From an uncultured Hormoscilla sp. (GTDB lineage: Bacteria > Cyanobacteriota > Cyanobacteriia > Cyanobacteriales > Desertifilaceae), in contig OZ001293.3 of NCBI GenBank assembly GCA_963921275.4, forward strand, positions 2,592,001 through 2,656,000: DNA of 64,000 bases. The letters run 5' to 3'. Below are positions 21,904 through 32,778 of this stretch, piece by piece. How positions within the stretch are numbered: the stretch's first letter is position 1; each line of letters begins with the position of its first letter. The notes under the pieces were generated by a model, which worked only from the letters and a program-made list of their open reading frames with translations, was not told where the DNA came from and did not search any database. Position numbers and translations under genes: made by a program.

Positions 21904-22774
21904 GTGCGATTCGTTCTAGCCTAACGTGGTCAAACACGGAACTCTAGCCCGGTTTCATTAGCCGGGAACTCTGACCGCATGGGGGTTAAATTCCCCTCCC
22001 CCCAGGTACGGGGGTGACACCGGTCCTCGGTGCTACGAAGCGACATCATCGTGGTGCTAAGCGAGGACTCAAATGTAGGATAACTGGCAGCCTAAGCCGG
22101 TGACGCCGCTAGGAAAGATATCCAAGGTTAGAGCAGGCAAACATGTGCAAGCCTCGTTATAAGGAACCAGCGAAATAAGGCTATATGCGCTGGCCTAAAA
22201 AGGAAATGGTAGCTAGTATTAGTTTTAGACTCTGGCTAATATAGTACTCAAATAGCTCCCGGGGTATAGTGTGGACCTAAAGGTATCGCGAAATGTTGTT
22301 AGGGAACGAAGTAACCTCTCGTGTGCTGTCCATCAGGACAAGTTAGATGTTAAGCGCAAGCCACGGGGGGAGGGATGGCCCAAGAAGCGAATGCCCGGGG
22401 TAATTCCTGGGATAACATCTACAGTAATGTAGATGATGCTGGGTAGCCAGCGCTGACGTGGGTCGGTGATACTAGGAAGCTGCTGGAATGAGTAATCCTA
22501 AAAAGCCACGGAACTAATCCGAAACGCAAGTGGAGGATAAGGTATGGATAACTGGTAAAACTGACTTGAAAATGGTGATACTAACGGTTATCAGAACAAC
22601 CACTCGCTAAACCAGGAAAGGGAAGAAAAGACAGGCGGCAAGGGCTAACGGAAGTAATTCCTATTAAGTCTACCTATGAAAAGGGCCTAGTACCCAGTAG
22701 CCGGATGCGGTGAAAATCGCAAGTCCGGTTCCTCAAGGGAGGGTCGGGAAGCGATTCCCGGCTCGACCCCATCC
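21904..22774 (+). mobile_element. ORF-less group II intron, main family, copy 3 (apparently intergenic, upstream of mysA)
   Basis: 871 nt, GTGCG...CCCCATCC. EBS2 ATAAGG at 22159-22164 and EBS1 AGACTC at 22227-22232. Confidence 0.93.
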
Positions 22775-22868
22775 AGCACATCTGCCTCGATTTTTAGCTT
22801 ACCTCATCTACTTTCATTTTACCACCTATTAGGCCGCACAGATCCTCACCTCAGTCAGTTTATTAAGC

Positions 22869-22998
22869 TATCACATAAGCTTGGATAATGCAAGGGTATA
22901 TCTCCCCTGTTTACAACATTCCTTACTCTGCCGATCGCCGCCGGCGTGCGCGCAGCGCAATCCCGAGCCTATCAGCAAGAGGTTGGCGCAGCATCTAC
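22869..22998 (+). repeat. 130-bp diverged direct repeat, unit 1
   Basis: TATCACATAAGCTTGGATAATGCAAGGG...GCAGCATCTAC recurs at 23890-24019. Confidence 0.85.
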
Positions 22999-23007
22999 CG
23001 TAAACTA

Positions 23008-23880
23008 GGGTGTGTCATCAATCAAATTGCTTGACAGAAGTAGATGGATACGGTATGGAGTCCTTATCCAGCAATAACAATCAAGAGGGCATGATATGAG
23101 ACGCTATGGCTTGCGAGACGACCAGTGGGAACGGATCGAACACCTTTTACCTGGTAAAGAGGGTGACCCAGGCGCTACAGCCAAGAACAATAGATTATTC
23201 GTGTTCTGCCGTGTTATATCGATATCGTGCTGGCATTCCCTGGCGGGATTTACCGGAGTGTTTTGGGGATTTTCGGGTTGTTCATACCCGCCATACCCGT
23301 TGGTCTGAAAAGGGAGTTTGGAAGCAGGTATTCGATGTCTTGGCCTCAGACGCCGATAACGAATACGCCGCGATTGATGCCACCATCCTGCGTGCCCATC
23401 AACGAGCGTGCGGGTGCAAAAAAAAACACCCTCAGATACGTGCGAAACCCAAGCCATAGGCCGTAGTAAAGGGGGACTATCGACAAAGATTCATGCCACT
23501 TGCGATTGCCCAAGGCAATCCCACAGGATTTCATCTTACCCCTGGCCAAGCCCACGACGGGAAAGGCGCTGACGTGCTATTGGATAAAATCGGTGAGATT
23601 GGCGCGCTGCTTGCAGATAAAGCCTATGATGCGGAACAACGTGTGCTCGAGCGCCTGAAAGAGGCGGATTGGATGGCTGTCATTCCTCCAAAAAGTAACC
23701 GCACAGAACACAGAGAAGACGATGAAGAAATGTACAAGTGGCGGCATCTAATTGAAAATCTATTCCAAAAACTCAAGCAATACAGGGCTCTGGCGACACG
23801 CTACGATAAAACGGCTCGCAATTTCTTGGGTGCCATCTACCTCGCGGCAGCTGTAATATGGCTTAATTGATGACACGCCC
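23008..23880 (+). mobile_element. IS5-family insertion sequence, 873 bp, copy 2
   Basis: Same translated ORFs as 1280-2152. TIRs flanked by TA. Confidence 0.92.
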
Positions 23881-23889
23881 TAATCAATT

Positions 23890-24019
23890 TATCACATAAG
23901 CTTGGATAATGCAAGGGTAGATCTCCCCTGTTTAAAACCTTCCCTACTCCGCCGATTGCCGCCGGCGTGCGCGCAGCGCAATCCCGATACTGTCAGCAAG
24001 GGGTTGCCGCAGCATCTAC
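23890..24019 (+). repeat. 130-bp diverged direct repeat, unit 2
   Basis: Colinear with 22869-22998, with scattered substitutions. Confidence 0.85.
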
Positions 24020-24483
24020 AGACCCTTTACTAACACTGGAACTATTGATTCCTACTAACTTGATGATGTATACTATTATTTTTTGCCTTTTCCTCCTCAT
24101 CGTCCCGTTATTGTGCAACGCCTGCAAATCTAAGATGCACCCTTGTTCTCTGACTCTGGCATGTCCTCAAAGCGGCAGCTTTGCCAACGGGCGATCGCCT
24201 CTCGTGATTAAAAGTATCTTACAGGTTTAAGGATATAGCTCTTTTTTGCCTGGAAGCGGTTCTTGTAGTGATTCTTGGGTTTGGTCTTTGACTCAAGCTA
24301 GGGTCGCTAACTATGATATACTGCACAATGACAAGCTACAGGCTACAAGCTACAGGCTATGCTAATTTTTGCTACATTAGGAGGATGATTATTCTTGCAT
24401 CATCGCTTTTGGTGAATGGCGAATGGTCCAAACCTGTCAGAATGGCGAATGGGACAATTATCAATTAACAATTGCTCAATTCT

Positions 24484-25578
24484 ATGAATCAATCTCCTAT
24501 TGGTGTGGCCGTCGTCGGCACGGGATTCGGTCAAAGAGTCCATATACCCGGATTACAAGCTCATCATCGCACTGAGGTGGTGGCAGTTTATCATCGGGAT
24601 ATAGACAAAGCAAGCTCGATCGCGTCTGCTCACAATATCCCCTACTCTGCTGACACCCTGACAGATATCGTCTCTATACCGGAAGTTGCCGCTGTCAGCA
24701 TCTGTACACCGCCATTCCTCCATTACGAGATGGCAAAGATCGTCCTGGAAGCAGGCAAACATCTGTTACTGGAAAAACCCACCACTCTCTCGGCACAGGA
24801 GGCGAAATCACTATACCATCTCGCACAAGCAAAAGGCGTAGTGGCGGCGATGGACTTTGAATTTCGCTTCGTACCGGCATGGCAGCGGTTCGGTGAAATG
24901 TTAACAGAGGGTTATGTGGGAAACAAGCGTTTGGTGAAAATTGAGTGCCTGGTTGCCAGTCGTGCGGATGGGAATCGCCCTTGGAACTGGTATGCTCAGA
25001 AAGAGAAAGGCGGTGGGATGCTGGGGGCTATGGGTTCCCATGTGTTTGATTACATCCGCTGGTTATTTGGGGATATTCAGCGACTGTCGGCCCGGTTGAT
25101 TACGGGCATTCCCCACAGACCTGACCCGAATGATGGTAAACTCAAACCTGTAGATGCTGATGATACCTGTCTGTTGATGCTGGAATTGGCAGATGGTACG
25201 CCAGTTCAGGTTTGTCTTAGTTCCGTCACCTATCAAGGCAAGGGACATTGGGTAGAAGTGTATGGCGATCGGGGTACGATGGTCCTAGGCAGCAGCAACC
25301 TGAAAGACTACGTACATGGTTTTCAGCTGCTGGCAGCACCGGCGGGGGAGTCTCTCCAGGAAGTAGAAATTCCCCAAGGTCTAGAATTTCCCCAAACCTA
25401 CAGCGACGGACGCATTGCCCCCTTTATTCGGGTAGTAGACGCCTGGGTAGAAAGCATCTCACAGGGAGTTCCCATGACTCCTTCGTTGCGGGAAGGGGTG
25501 TATTCTCAGCTGTTGATGGATTTAATCCATCAATCTCATGCTACTAACAGTTGGGTAGTAGTCCCAGACTTCTTGTAG
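24484..25578 (+). CDS. Gfo/Idh/MocA-family oxidoreductase
   Basis: Motifs VAVVGTGFG, GKHLLLEKP and GGGMLGAMGSHVFD. Confidence 0.9.
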   Translation: MNQSPIGVAVVGTGFGQRVHIPGLQAHHRTEVVAVYHRDIDKASSIASAHNIPYSADTLTDIVSIPEVAAVSICTPPFLHYEMAKIVLEAGKHLLLEKPTTLSAQEAKSLYHLAQAKGVVAAMDFEFRFVPAWQRFGEMLTEGYVGNKRLVKIECLVASRADGNRPWNWYAQKEKGGGMLGAMGSHVFDYIRWLFGDIQRLSARLITGIPHRPDPNDGKLKPVDADDTCLLMLELADGTPVQVCLSSVTYQGKGHWVEVYGDRGTMVLGSSNLKDYVHGFQLLAAPAGESLQEVEIPQGLEFPQTYSDGRIAPFIRVVDAWVESISQGVPMTPSLREGVYSQLLMDLIHQSHATNSWVVVPDFL

Positions 25579-25643
25579 GGAAGGAGAGAGGCGATCGGGT
25601 TGTTAATTTGTCAAGTTTTATTAATGGACCGATAATGCTGTAG

Positions 25644-25740
25644 TGAAAGACTAAAGTCTTTCACTACGAAGCCTGAAAGACTTTAGTCCTTACTACGAAG
25701 CTTGAAAGACTAAAGTATTTACTACGAAGCTTGAAAGACT
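25644..25740. repeat. About 3.3 copies of a 29-30 bp palindromic tandem repeat between convergent genes
   Basis: Units of TGAAAGACT(A/T)(A/T)AGT..TTACTACGAAGC with no unique spacers. Confidence 0.75.
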
Positions 25741-25748
25741 AATAACTG

Positions 25749-26378
25749 TCAGATTTCGTTCCTTTTTGCTAAAGCATTCACAGCCGCTGCGGCGATCGCA
25801 CTTCCTCCCCGTCGTCCATGGAGGGTGATAAAAGGAACTCCTCGGCTATTAGCTGCCAGTTCGGCTTTCGATTCGGCGGCACCCACAAACCCAACGGGAA
25901 AGCCCAAAATCAAGGCAGGTTTGGCGATTCTGGAATCCAGCAGTTCCAGTAAGTGAAAAAGTGCTGTTGGTGCATTGCCAATTGCGACTACAGCACCATA
26001 CAAATGGGATTTCCAGAATTCTATAGCTGCCGCCGATCGCGTATTTTGTATTTGTCGGGCCATTTCTAGCACTTCTGGATATTTGAGAGTGCAAATCACT
26101 TCATTATTCGCACTTAACCGATCGCGGATAATCCCATTTGCTACCATTTGAGAATCACAAAGAATTGGCGCACCCTTGGTTAAGGCGGCGCGTCCCGCTG
26201 CGACTGCATCGGGTGAAGCGGCTAAATCTTCTATAATATCTGTCATGCCGCAGGCGTGAATCAGCCTTACTGCTACAGGGGCTAAATCGGCAGATAAATT
26301 TTCTAGTTTCGCTTCCGCACGGATAATAGCAAAGGATTTAAGGGTTATGTCATCGCCATTGCGAATATAATCAATCAT
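25749..26378 (-). CDS. cobH: Precorrin-8X methylmutase
   Basis: Motifs SFAIIRAEA, RLIHACG, TRSAAA, IGNAPTAL, PVGFVGAAESK and GRRGGSAIAAAAVNAL. Confidence 0.95.
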   Translation of the reverse strand: MIDYIRNGDDITLKSFAIIRAEAKLENLSADLAPVAVRLIHACGMTDIIEDLAASPDAVAAGRAALTKGAPILCDSQMVANGIIRDRLSANNEVICTLKYPEVLEMARQIQNTRSAAAIEFWKSHLYGAVVAIGNAPTALFHLLELLDSRIAKPALILGFPVGFVGAAESKAELAANSRGVPFITLHGRRGGSAIAAAAVNALAKRNEI

Positions 26379-26429
26379 GGTTCAATTGTGAATTGAGAAT
26401 TGCTTTTTGAGATAAAGAAAAAGAGAAAG

Positions 26430-27641
26430 ATGCACAAGTGGCTGTCGATTGTGGGTATTGGCGAAGAGGGATTGCTAGGGGTTAACCCGGTAGGGCGATC
26501 GCTGATTGACCAAGCAGAGGTCTTAATTGGTGGAGAACGTCACTTAGCCATGCTACCCTCAGAGGATATACGGGAAAAACTCCTCTGGACTTCTCCTATT
26601 GCAGATTCGGTGCAGGAAATCATCCGTCGTCGCGGGCAAGCTGTCTGTGTTCTGGCCAGTGGGGATCCAATGTGCTATGGTATTGGAGTCACCCTCACCC
26701 GCCGCATCGCGATCGCCGAAATGACGATCGTGCCGTCTCCCTCAGTCTTCAGTCTAGCCTGTAGTCGTTTGGGTTGGTCCTTAACGGATGTGGAAACCTT
26801 GAGTTTGTGCGGTCGTGACCCGGCTTTATTGAATGGGGTTGTTTATCCAGAGGCGAGATTATTACTGTTGAGTGCCGACGGACGGACCTCTGCAACAGTG
26901 GCTAAACTCTTGACTTCCAAAGGATTTGGTGATAGTAAAATGGTGGTTTTAGAACGGATGGGCGGCCCCAAGGAACGATCAATCTCCGACATTGCTTCAT
27001 CCTGGAATGCCACAGATATAGCTGACTTGAATGCGATCGCGATTACCTGCATTTCCTGTAATCCCTTAATCCCCGCATCTCGCGTTCCCGGACTCCCCGA
27101 TACTGCTTACCACCATGACGGACAGTTGACAAAACGGGAAGTTCGTGCAATGACTCTGTCGGCCCTGGCACCCTCACCAGGACAACTGTTGTGGGATGTG
27201 GGGGCAGGTTGTGGTTCTATTGGGATTGAATGGATGCGGTGCGATCGCCGCTGTCAAGCTGTGACGATCGAACGGCATCCCACGCGCTTACAATATATAG
27301 CAGATAATGCGATCGGCCTCGGAACGCCGGATCTGAAAATCATCCCAGGATCTGCCCCAGAGGCGTTAACAGATTTACCGGAACCAGATGCTATTTTCAT
27401 CGGTGGAGGATTAACTGTTCCAGGGCTATTGGAAACCTGTTGGCAGGCCCTGCCTGTGGTCGGCAGGTTGGTGGCCAATGCTGTCACGGTAGAAGGGGAA
27501 CAAAAACTGTTTGAGTACCAAGGTAAGTGGGGCGGTGAATTAACTCGAATTGCCATCCAACGGGCCGAACCAGTGGGCAAATTCATGGGTTGGAAGACAA
27601 TGGCCCCGGTAACGCAGTGGGTTGTAGTTAAGGGTTGTTAG
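26430..27641 (+). CDS. cobL: Precorrin-6Y C5,15-methyltransferase (CbiE/CbiT fusion)
   Basis: Motifs SIVGIGEEG, LASGDPMCYGIG, DGQLTKREVR, WDVGAGCGSIGIEW and PDAIFIGGG. Confidence 0.95.
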   Translation: MHKWLSIVGIGEEGLLGVNPVGRSLIDQAEVLIGGERHLAMLPSEDIREKLLWTSPIADSVQEIIRRRGQAVCVLASGDPMCYGIGVTLTRRIAIAEMTIVPSPSVFSLACSRLGWSLTDVETLSLCGRDPALLNGVVYPEARLLLLSADGRTSATVAKLLTSKGFGDSKMVVLERMGGPKERSISDIASSWNATDIADLNAIAITCISCNPLIPASRVPGLPDTAYHHDGQLTKREVRAMTLSALAPSPGQLLWDVGAGCGSIGIEWMRCDRRCQAVTIERHPTRLQYIADNAIGLGTPDLKIIPGSAPEALTDLPEPDAIFIGGGLTVPGLLETCWQALPVVGRLVANAVTVEGEQKLFEYQGKWGGELTRIAIQRAEPVGKFMGWKTMAPVTQWVVVKGC

Positions 27642-27673
27642 TTGTTAGTTGTTAGTTGTTAGTTGTTAGTTGT
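27634..27673. repeat. Heptamer tandem repeat (GTTGTTA)n, STRR-like
   Basis: About 5.5 tandem copies. Similar heptamer runs occur near 24335, 38180, 50088, 50169 and 57990. Confidence 0.8.
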
Positions 27674-28275
27674 CAGCATTATCCCTTGATAAGTCCTGAC
27701 CAGGGTTTTAACCCACCATATGGGCCAGTCATACCATCAGGCATGTCTATTATCAACGGGAGCATCTCACTTTTTTATTTGCGAATGGGAAATAGCTAAT
27801 TGCGTATACTAAGTGCGCGCAGCGCTATGGAAAATGGCTAATGGACATAAATAAATAAATCTACCTTTCTCAATTCTCAATTCTCAAACTTGAAGGGAAC
27901 ATTACTCAGACAACAATCTAGCGCTACGGGCTACGCCGATTGCTGAGCAGAGATCGGCGTAGCCCGCAGTTTTTGACTCTTGCTGGTGAGGCAGTTCAGC
28001 TACCAATTCTATGGTCCCGTCCGGATGTATGACTCAACCCGTTGCTTCCACAAAGCATACCTGATCACGGGAAATAAGGAATTAGGGAAAAGAATCAGAC
28101 TCAGAACCTCTCGACGCATTCCTGTCTACAATGGTTCTTTACCCTGCACTTTACTGAAGTACGAATTATATTGATAAAGTGAGTATTGATAACATGAGAG
28201 GATCATAGAGTGAATCCCTTCAGGGATTTGGTAAAGTAGCCCGCAATTTATTCGCGGGCTAGATTTAGATTAGAT

Positions 28276-31200
28276 CTACACGAAGACGAAATTATCTGCT
28301 GTGAGAGCCGTAGCAGTGGATGGGGTCGAGCCGGGAATCGCTTCCCGACCCTCCCTTGAGGAACCGGACTTGCGATTTTCACCGCATCCGGCTACTGGGT
28401 ACTAGGCCCTTTTCATAGGTAGACTTAATAGGAATTACTTCCGTTAGCCCTTGCCGCCTGTCTTTTCTTCCCTTTCCTGGTTTAGCGAGTGGTTGTTCTG
28501 ATAACCGTTAGTATCACCATTTTCAAGTCAGTTTTACCAGTTATCCATACCTTATCCTCCACTTGCGTTTCGGATTAGTTCCGTGGCTTTTTAGGATTAC
28601 TCATTCCAGCAGCTTCCTAGTATCACCGACCCACGTCAGCGCTGGCTACCCAGCATCATCTACATTACTGTAGATGTTATCCCAGGAATTACCCCGGGCA
28701 TTCGCTTCTTGGGCCATCCCTCCCCCCGTGGCTTGCGCTTAACATCTAACTTGTCCTGATGGACAGCACACGAGAGGTTACTTCGTTCCCTAACAACATT
28801 TCGCGATACCTTTAGGTCCACACTATACCCCGGGAGCTATTTGAGTACTATATTAGCCAGAGTCTAAAACTAATACTAGCTACCATTTCCTTTTTAGGCC
28901 AGCGCATATAGCCTTATTTCGCTGGTTCCTTATAACGAGGCTTGCACATGTTTGCCTGCTCTAACCTTGGATATCTTTCCTAGCGGCGTCACCGGCTTAG
29001 GCTGCCAGTTATCCTACATTTGAGTCCTCGCTTAGCACCACGATGATGTCGCTTCGTAGCACCGAGGACCGGTGTCACCCCCGTACCTGGGGGGAGGGGA
29101 ATTTAACCCCCATGCGGTCAGAGTTCCCGGCTAATGAAACCGGGCTAGCGTTCCGTGTTTGACCACGTTAGGCTAGAACGAATCGCACAACCCCAATAAG
29201 GGTTAGAGAGTCATCATCATCGAAAGTGATGACTGTATTAGATCCATTTTGGGTAGTTGCCCCTAAAACCGCTGTTAAATCAGGGAATCAAAAAGCGCTA
29301 ACGTCAATAGCATCCTCAGAGATGTCGAAGTCGGTAATAGCATCCGCACTACCACTATCGGTAGCGACGAAAGTATCTGCTGCTGCTCCCAGACTCACCG
29401 TAACGGCTGTACCGGAGTTTTGGGTGAAACTGTCACTCCCACCTCCAAGTAAAACATCACCGTTGAGAGTACCATTATTGACAACATTGATGCTACCAAG
29501 AGAGCCACTAGCATGAATAGCAGCGTTCCCGTTACCACCTGTAATAGTACCCCCAGCTTCGTTGGTGATGGTGCCGTTAAACGCTACACCTGCCTGAATG
29601 AGGATACCAGCACTTTCCTCAGAAGCAATGGTACCGGAGTTAGTGATGGAACCTGTTACCGTAGCTCCTGCTGTACCGCTGAAGAAGCGAATCCCAGCGG
29701 GAACATTATCAGCACCCCGCCCTCGAATTGAACCCTGGTTTGAGATGACAATATTCTCAGAAGTTGCATCCTCATCAACTTCGCCAATTTCAGCTGAGAT
29801 CCCGCTACCGGAATTCCCGGCTCCTGCATCGATAGTACCACTACTATTGATAGTAATGCCATCTGCTGTGCCATCTAAGTAAATAGTACCATTGCGCTGA
29901 TCTCCTGTTTTCAGAATCTGCCCGGTGTTAATTAGGGTGACGCCATTACCGTCCAAGTTCACTGCACGACTGTCGGAGGATATGGTTCCTGCATTTAATA
30001 TGGTCAAATCATGGTCAGCATTACCAATATAAAGACTATTATTTGGTCCTTCAATCTCACCACTGTTGGTGATCGTGCCATCGAAAGCCACTCCATCTTC
30101 TACCAAAATCCCGCCCACAGTGCCAGTTTCTGCTTCGGTTGAGATGATATTGAAGTTGGTAATATAAGCTGTTACAGTGGCTTCTCCTTCAGCAGCAGTC
30201 AAACCGCTGAAGAAGCGGATCCCAGCGGGAACATTATCAGCACCCCGCCCTCGAATTGAACCCCGGTTTGAGATGACAATATTCTCAGAAGTTGCATCCT
30301 CATCAACTTCGCCAATTTCAGCTGAGATCCCGCTACCGGAATTCCCTGCTCCTGCATCGATGGTACCACTACTATTGATAGTAATGCCATCTGCTGTGCC
30401 ATCTAGGTAAATATTACCATTGCGCTGATCCCCCGTTCCCAGAATCTGCCCACTGTTATTCAGGGTGACATTATCCCCGTCCAAGTTGACTGCACGACTG
30501 TCGGAGGATATGGTTCCTGCATTTAATATGGTCAAATCATGGTCAGCATTAACAATATAAAGACCATTATTTGGTCCTTCAATCTCGCCACCATATCTGT
30601 TAGCGATCGTGCCATCGAAAGCCACTCCATCTTCTACCAAAATCCTGCCCACAGTGCCAGTTTCTGCTTCGGTTGAGATGATATTGAAGTTGGTAATATA
30701 AGCTGTTACAGTGGCTTCTCCTTCAGCAGCAGTCAAACCGCTGAAGAAGCGGATCCCAGCGGGAACATTATCAGCACCCCGCCCTCGAATTGAACCCCGG
30801 TTTGAGATGACAATATTCTCAGAAGTTGCATCCTCATCAACTTCGCCAATTTCAGCTGAGATCCCGCTACCGGAATTCCCTGCTCCTGCATCGATGGTAC
30901 CACTACTATTGATAGTAATGCCATCTGCTGTGCCATCTAGGTAAATAGTACCATTGCGCTGATCTCCTGTTCCCAGAATCTGCCCACTGTTATTCAGGGT
31001 GACATTATCCCCGTCCAAGTTGACTGCACGGCTATCTGAAGATATCTCCCCTGAATTTTTAATCCTGAGATTGTGGCGAGCATTACCAACGTAAATACCA
31101 TTGATATCTCCTTCAATCTCACCCCACAAACGGTTGTTGATAATACCATTGAAAGCGACCCCATCTTGAACCACAATTGCACCGCCAGCGTCTATCTCAG

Positions 31201-31530
31201 CTGAAATGGTGCCATAGTTAAAGATTGAACCAGTTACAGTCGCTTCCCCTTCATCTAAACCATTGGAGAAGCCGATACCATTTCCTGTACCTCGACCTGC
31301 TATAGTGCCATAGTTGGTGATTTCGATTTTCCGAGAATTGGCGTCTTCACTCCCAGAGCCAACTTCTTCGTAAATTCCAGCTCCGGAGTTACCAACACCT
31401 GCATCGATGATTCCGGAACTTAGATTTTCGATAGCGACGTTATCGGCGGCACCTGTTATCGTAACCACCGCAGTAGCTTCACCTTCCAGTCCCAGATTTT
31501 CATCATTAGTGAAAATCTGATTATCATCCA
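28276..31530 (-). pseudogene. Large repetitive Gly/Asn/Asp-rich surface protein with a type-I-secretion-like C-terminus; 5' truncated, in-frame TGA, intron-split
   Basis: About 534-bp internal repeats. TGA at 29290-29288, after which the frame continues ..DSLTLIGV|TATALTADNFVFV* across the intron. Confidence 0.75.
28318..29188 (-). mobile_element. ORF-less group II intron, main family, copy 4
   Basis: 871 nt, sense in the surface-protein gene, junction GTT|ACT. Confidence 0.93.
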
Positions 31531-31633
31531 CGCTGCGCGATCGGGGGAGTTCGATGCCATGGCTGCGCCACGCTGCGCGATCGGGGGAGTTCGATGCCAT
31601 GGCTGCGCCACGCTGCGCGATCGGGGGAGTTCG
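31528..31633. repeat. About 2.6 copies of a 40-bp GC-rich tandem repeat
   Basis: Units CCACGCTGCGCGATCGGGGGAGTTCGATGCCATGGCTGCG. A related GCGTGGCGCAGCCATG occurs near 51832 and 55958. Confidence 0.8.
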
Positions 31634-31780
31634 AGATTGCTTCGTACCTCGCAATGCTGCGCGGTTCGGAGTTCGGAGTTCGGATACTTCTGATGAAATC
31701 ATGCAGGCTCACATCTGCGCGAATGCGCTGCGCGTCCCGTAAGGGATACGCAACGACAGGAACGGCGATCGCGCCCTAAA

Positions 31781-32560
31781 TCAATCGAGAGAGTCTGGGT
31801 CGATATTCAGCTCGCGCAGTTTTTCTGCTAGCCGTTCGGCTCGTTGCTCGGCTTCTTGAAGTCGCTGTTGAGCTGCCGCTGCTTCCTCATCAGGAGTCAA
31901 AATCAATTCACCCTCCGATGTAAACCACCGCAACCACAGACGATTAACACCTTTATAACTTCCCCGCCACAAGCCTAAACTTAACTCCAGCCTTTTAATC
32001 TGCAAACGCCCATTACTCAAGGAAGCAGGTTCGTATCGATCGGCTACAAGATGAAATGCCTGAAATTCATCTTGTAGCCGACTGAAAACTATGTAGTAAG
32101 GCACCCGTAGTATTTGCTCGTATACTTCCCACTTGGTAGGCGGGTTTCCCGCTTGGCGCACGGTTTGTCCCAAATCTTCATTTTCCGTACTGGGCGATAA
32201 GAGTTCAATTATCACAAATGGACTCACCAGTTCTTGCCAAATTACGTAGCTATCCCGCAGATCGCGACCGTCGTAGAGTCGTTCTACTCCCACCACCGCA
32301 AACCAATCCGGGCGTTTGTACCAATTCAAATTGCGGCGATCGTAGTAAATGTTGAGGTCAGATGCCACAAACACTTGCTCCGAGGCAATATTCTTCGGTT
32401 GGAAACTGTCTGACAACAGCGTTGACTGTAGTCCGTGATATTGGTCTGGCATGGAGATCTCCTCGGGATCTTCGCTGGGCAGGTCGTACATTGTCGGCAA
32501 GGTCTGCCGAGGTGAAAGAGGCGGATTAGATTGGGTGGGTAGCGTTGCTAGTTCGTTCAT
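31781..32560 (-). CDS. Uma2-family (DUF820) endonuclease-like protein
   Basis: Motifs LPTMYDLPSEDPE, RPDWFAVVG, PFVIIELLSPST and KWEVYEQILRVPYY, with a coiled-coil tail. Confidence 0.9.
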   Translation of the reverse strand: MNELATLPTQSNPPLSPRQTLPTMYDLPSEDPEEISMPDQYHGLQSTLLSDSFQPKNIASEQVFVASDLNIYYDRRNLNWYKRPDWFAVVGVERLYDGRDLRDSYVIWQELVSPFVIIELLSPSTENEDLGQTVRQAGNPPTKWEVYEQILRVPYYIVFSRLQDEFQAFHLVADRYEPASLSNGRLQIKRLELSLGLWRGSYKGVNRLWLRWFTSEGELILTPDEEAAAAQQRLQEAEQRAERLAEKLRELNIDPDSLD

Positions 32561-32778
32561 TGCCAATCTCCTACTAGAGGGTCTTCTCTATTTTAATATC
32601 CGATCGCAAAGAGCGGAGTTCTAGAGCATCGGTCAAGTAGGGTATTGGCTATGGTTAAGATTTGGCTAAAAAAAGTAAAATATAAGATAATAAGAGATTA
32701 TTCTAGAGTTTGATGGCGCGAAAGGTTATTTAATCCCTAATATAGAGACTGTACTCAATTGTAGTGAGGAGGAGACGG

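Noticed and set aside
21904..22774. The 871-bp repeat as an IS or MITE
   Set aside because: No TIRs, TSDs or transposase. It has group II termini, domain V and EBS-IBS complementarity.
25644..25740. Palindromic ~30-bp repeats as a CRISPR array
   Set aside because: Units are directly adjacent with no spacers, and no cas genes are present.
31528..31702. 40-bp repeats as CRISPR, or as the true N-terminus of the 804-aa ORF
   Set aside because: No unique spacers. The translation is repeat-derived and unlike the rest of the protein.
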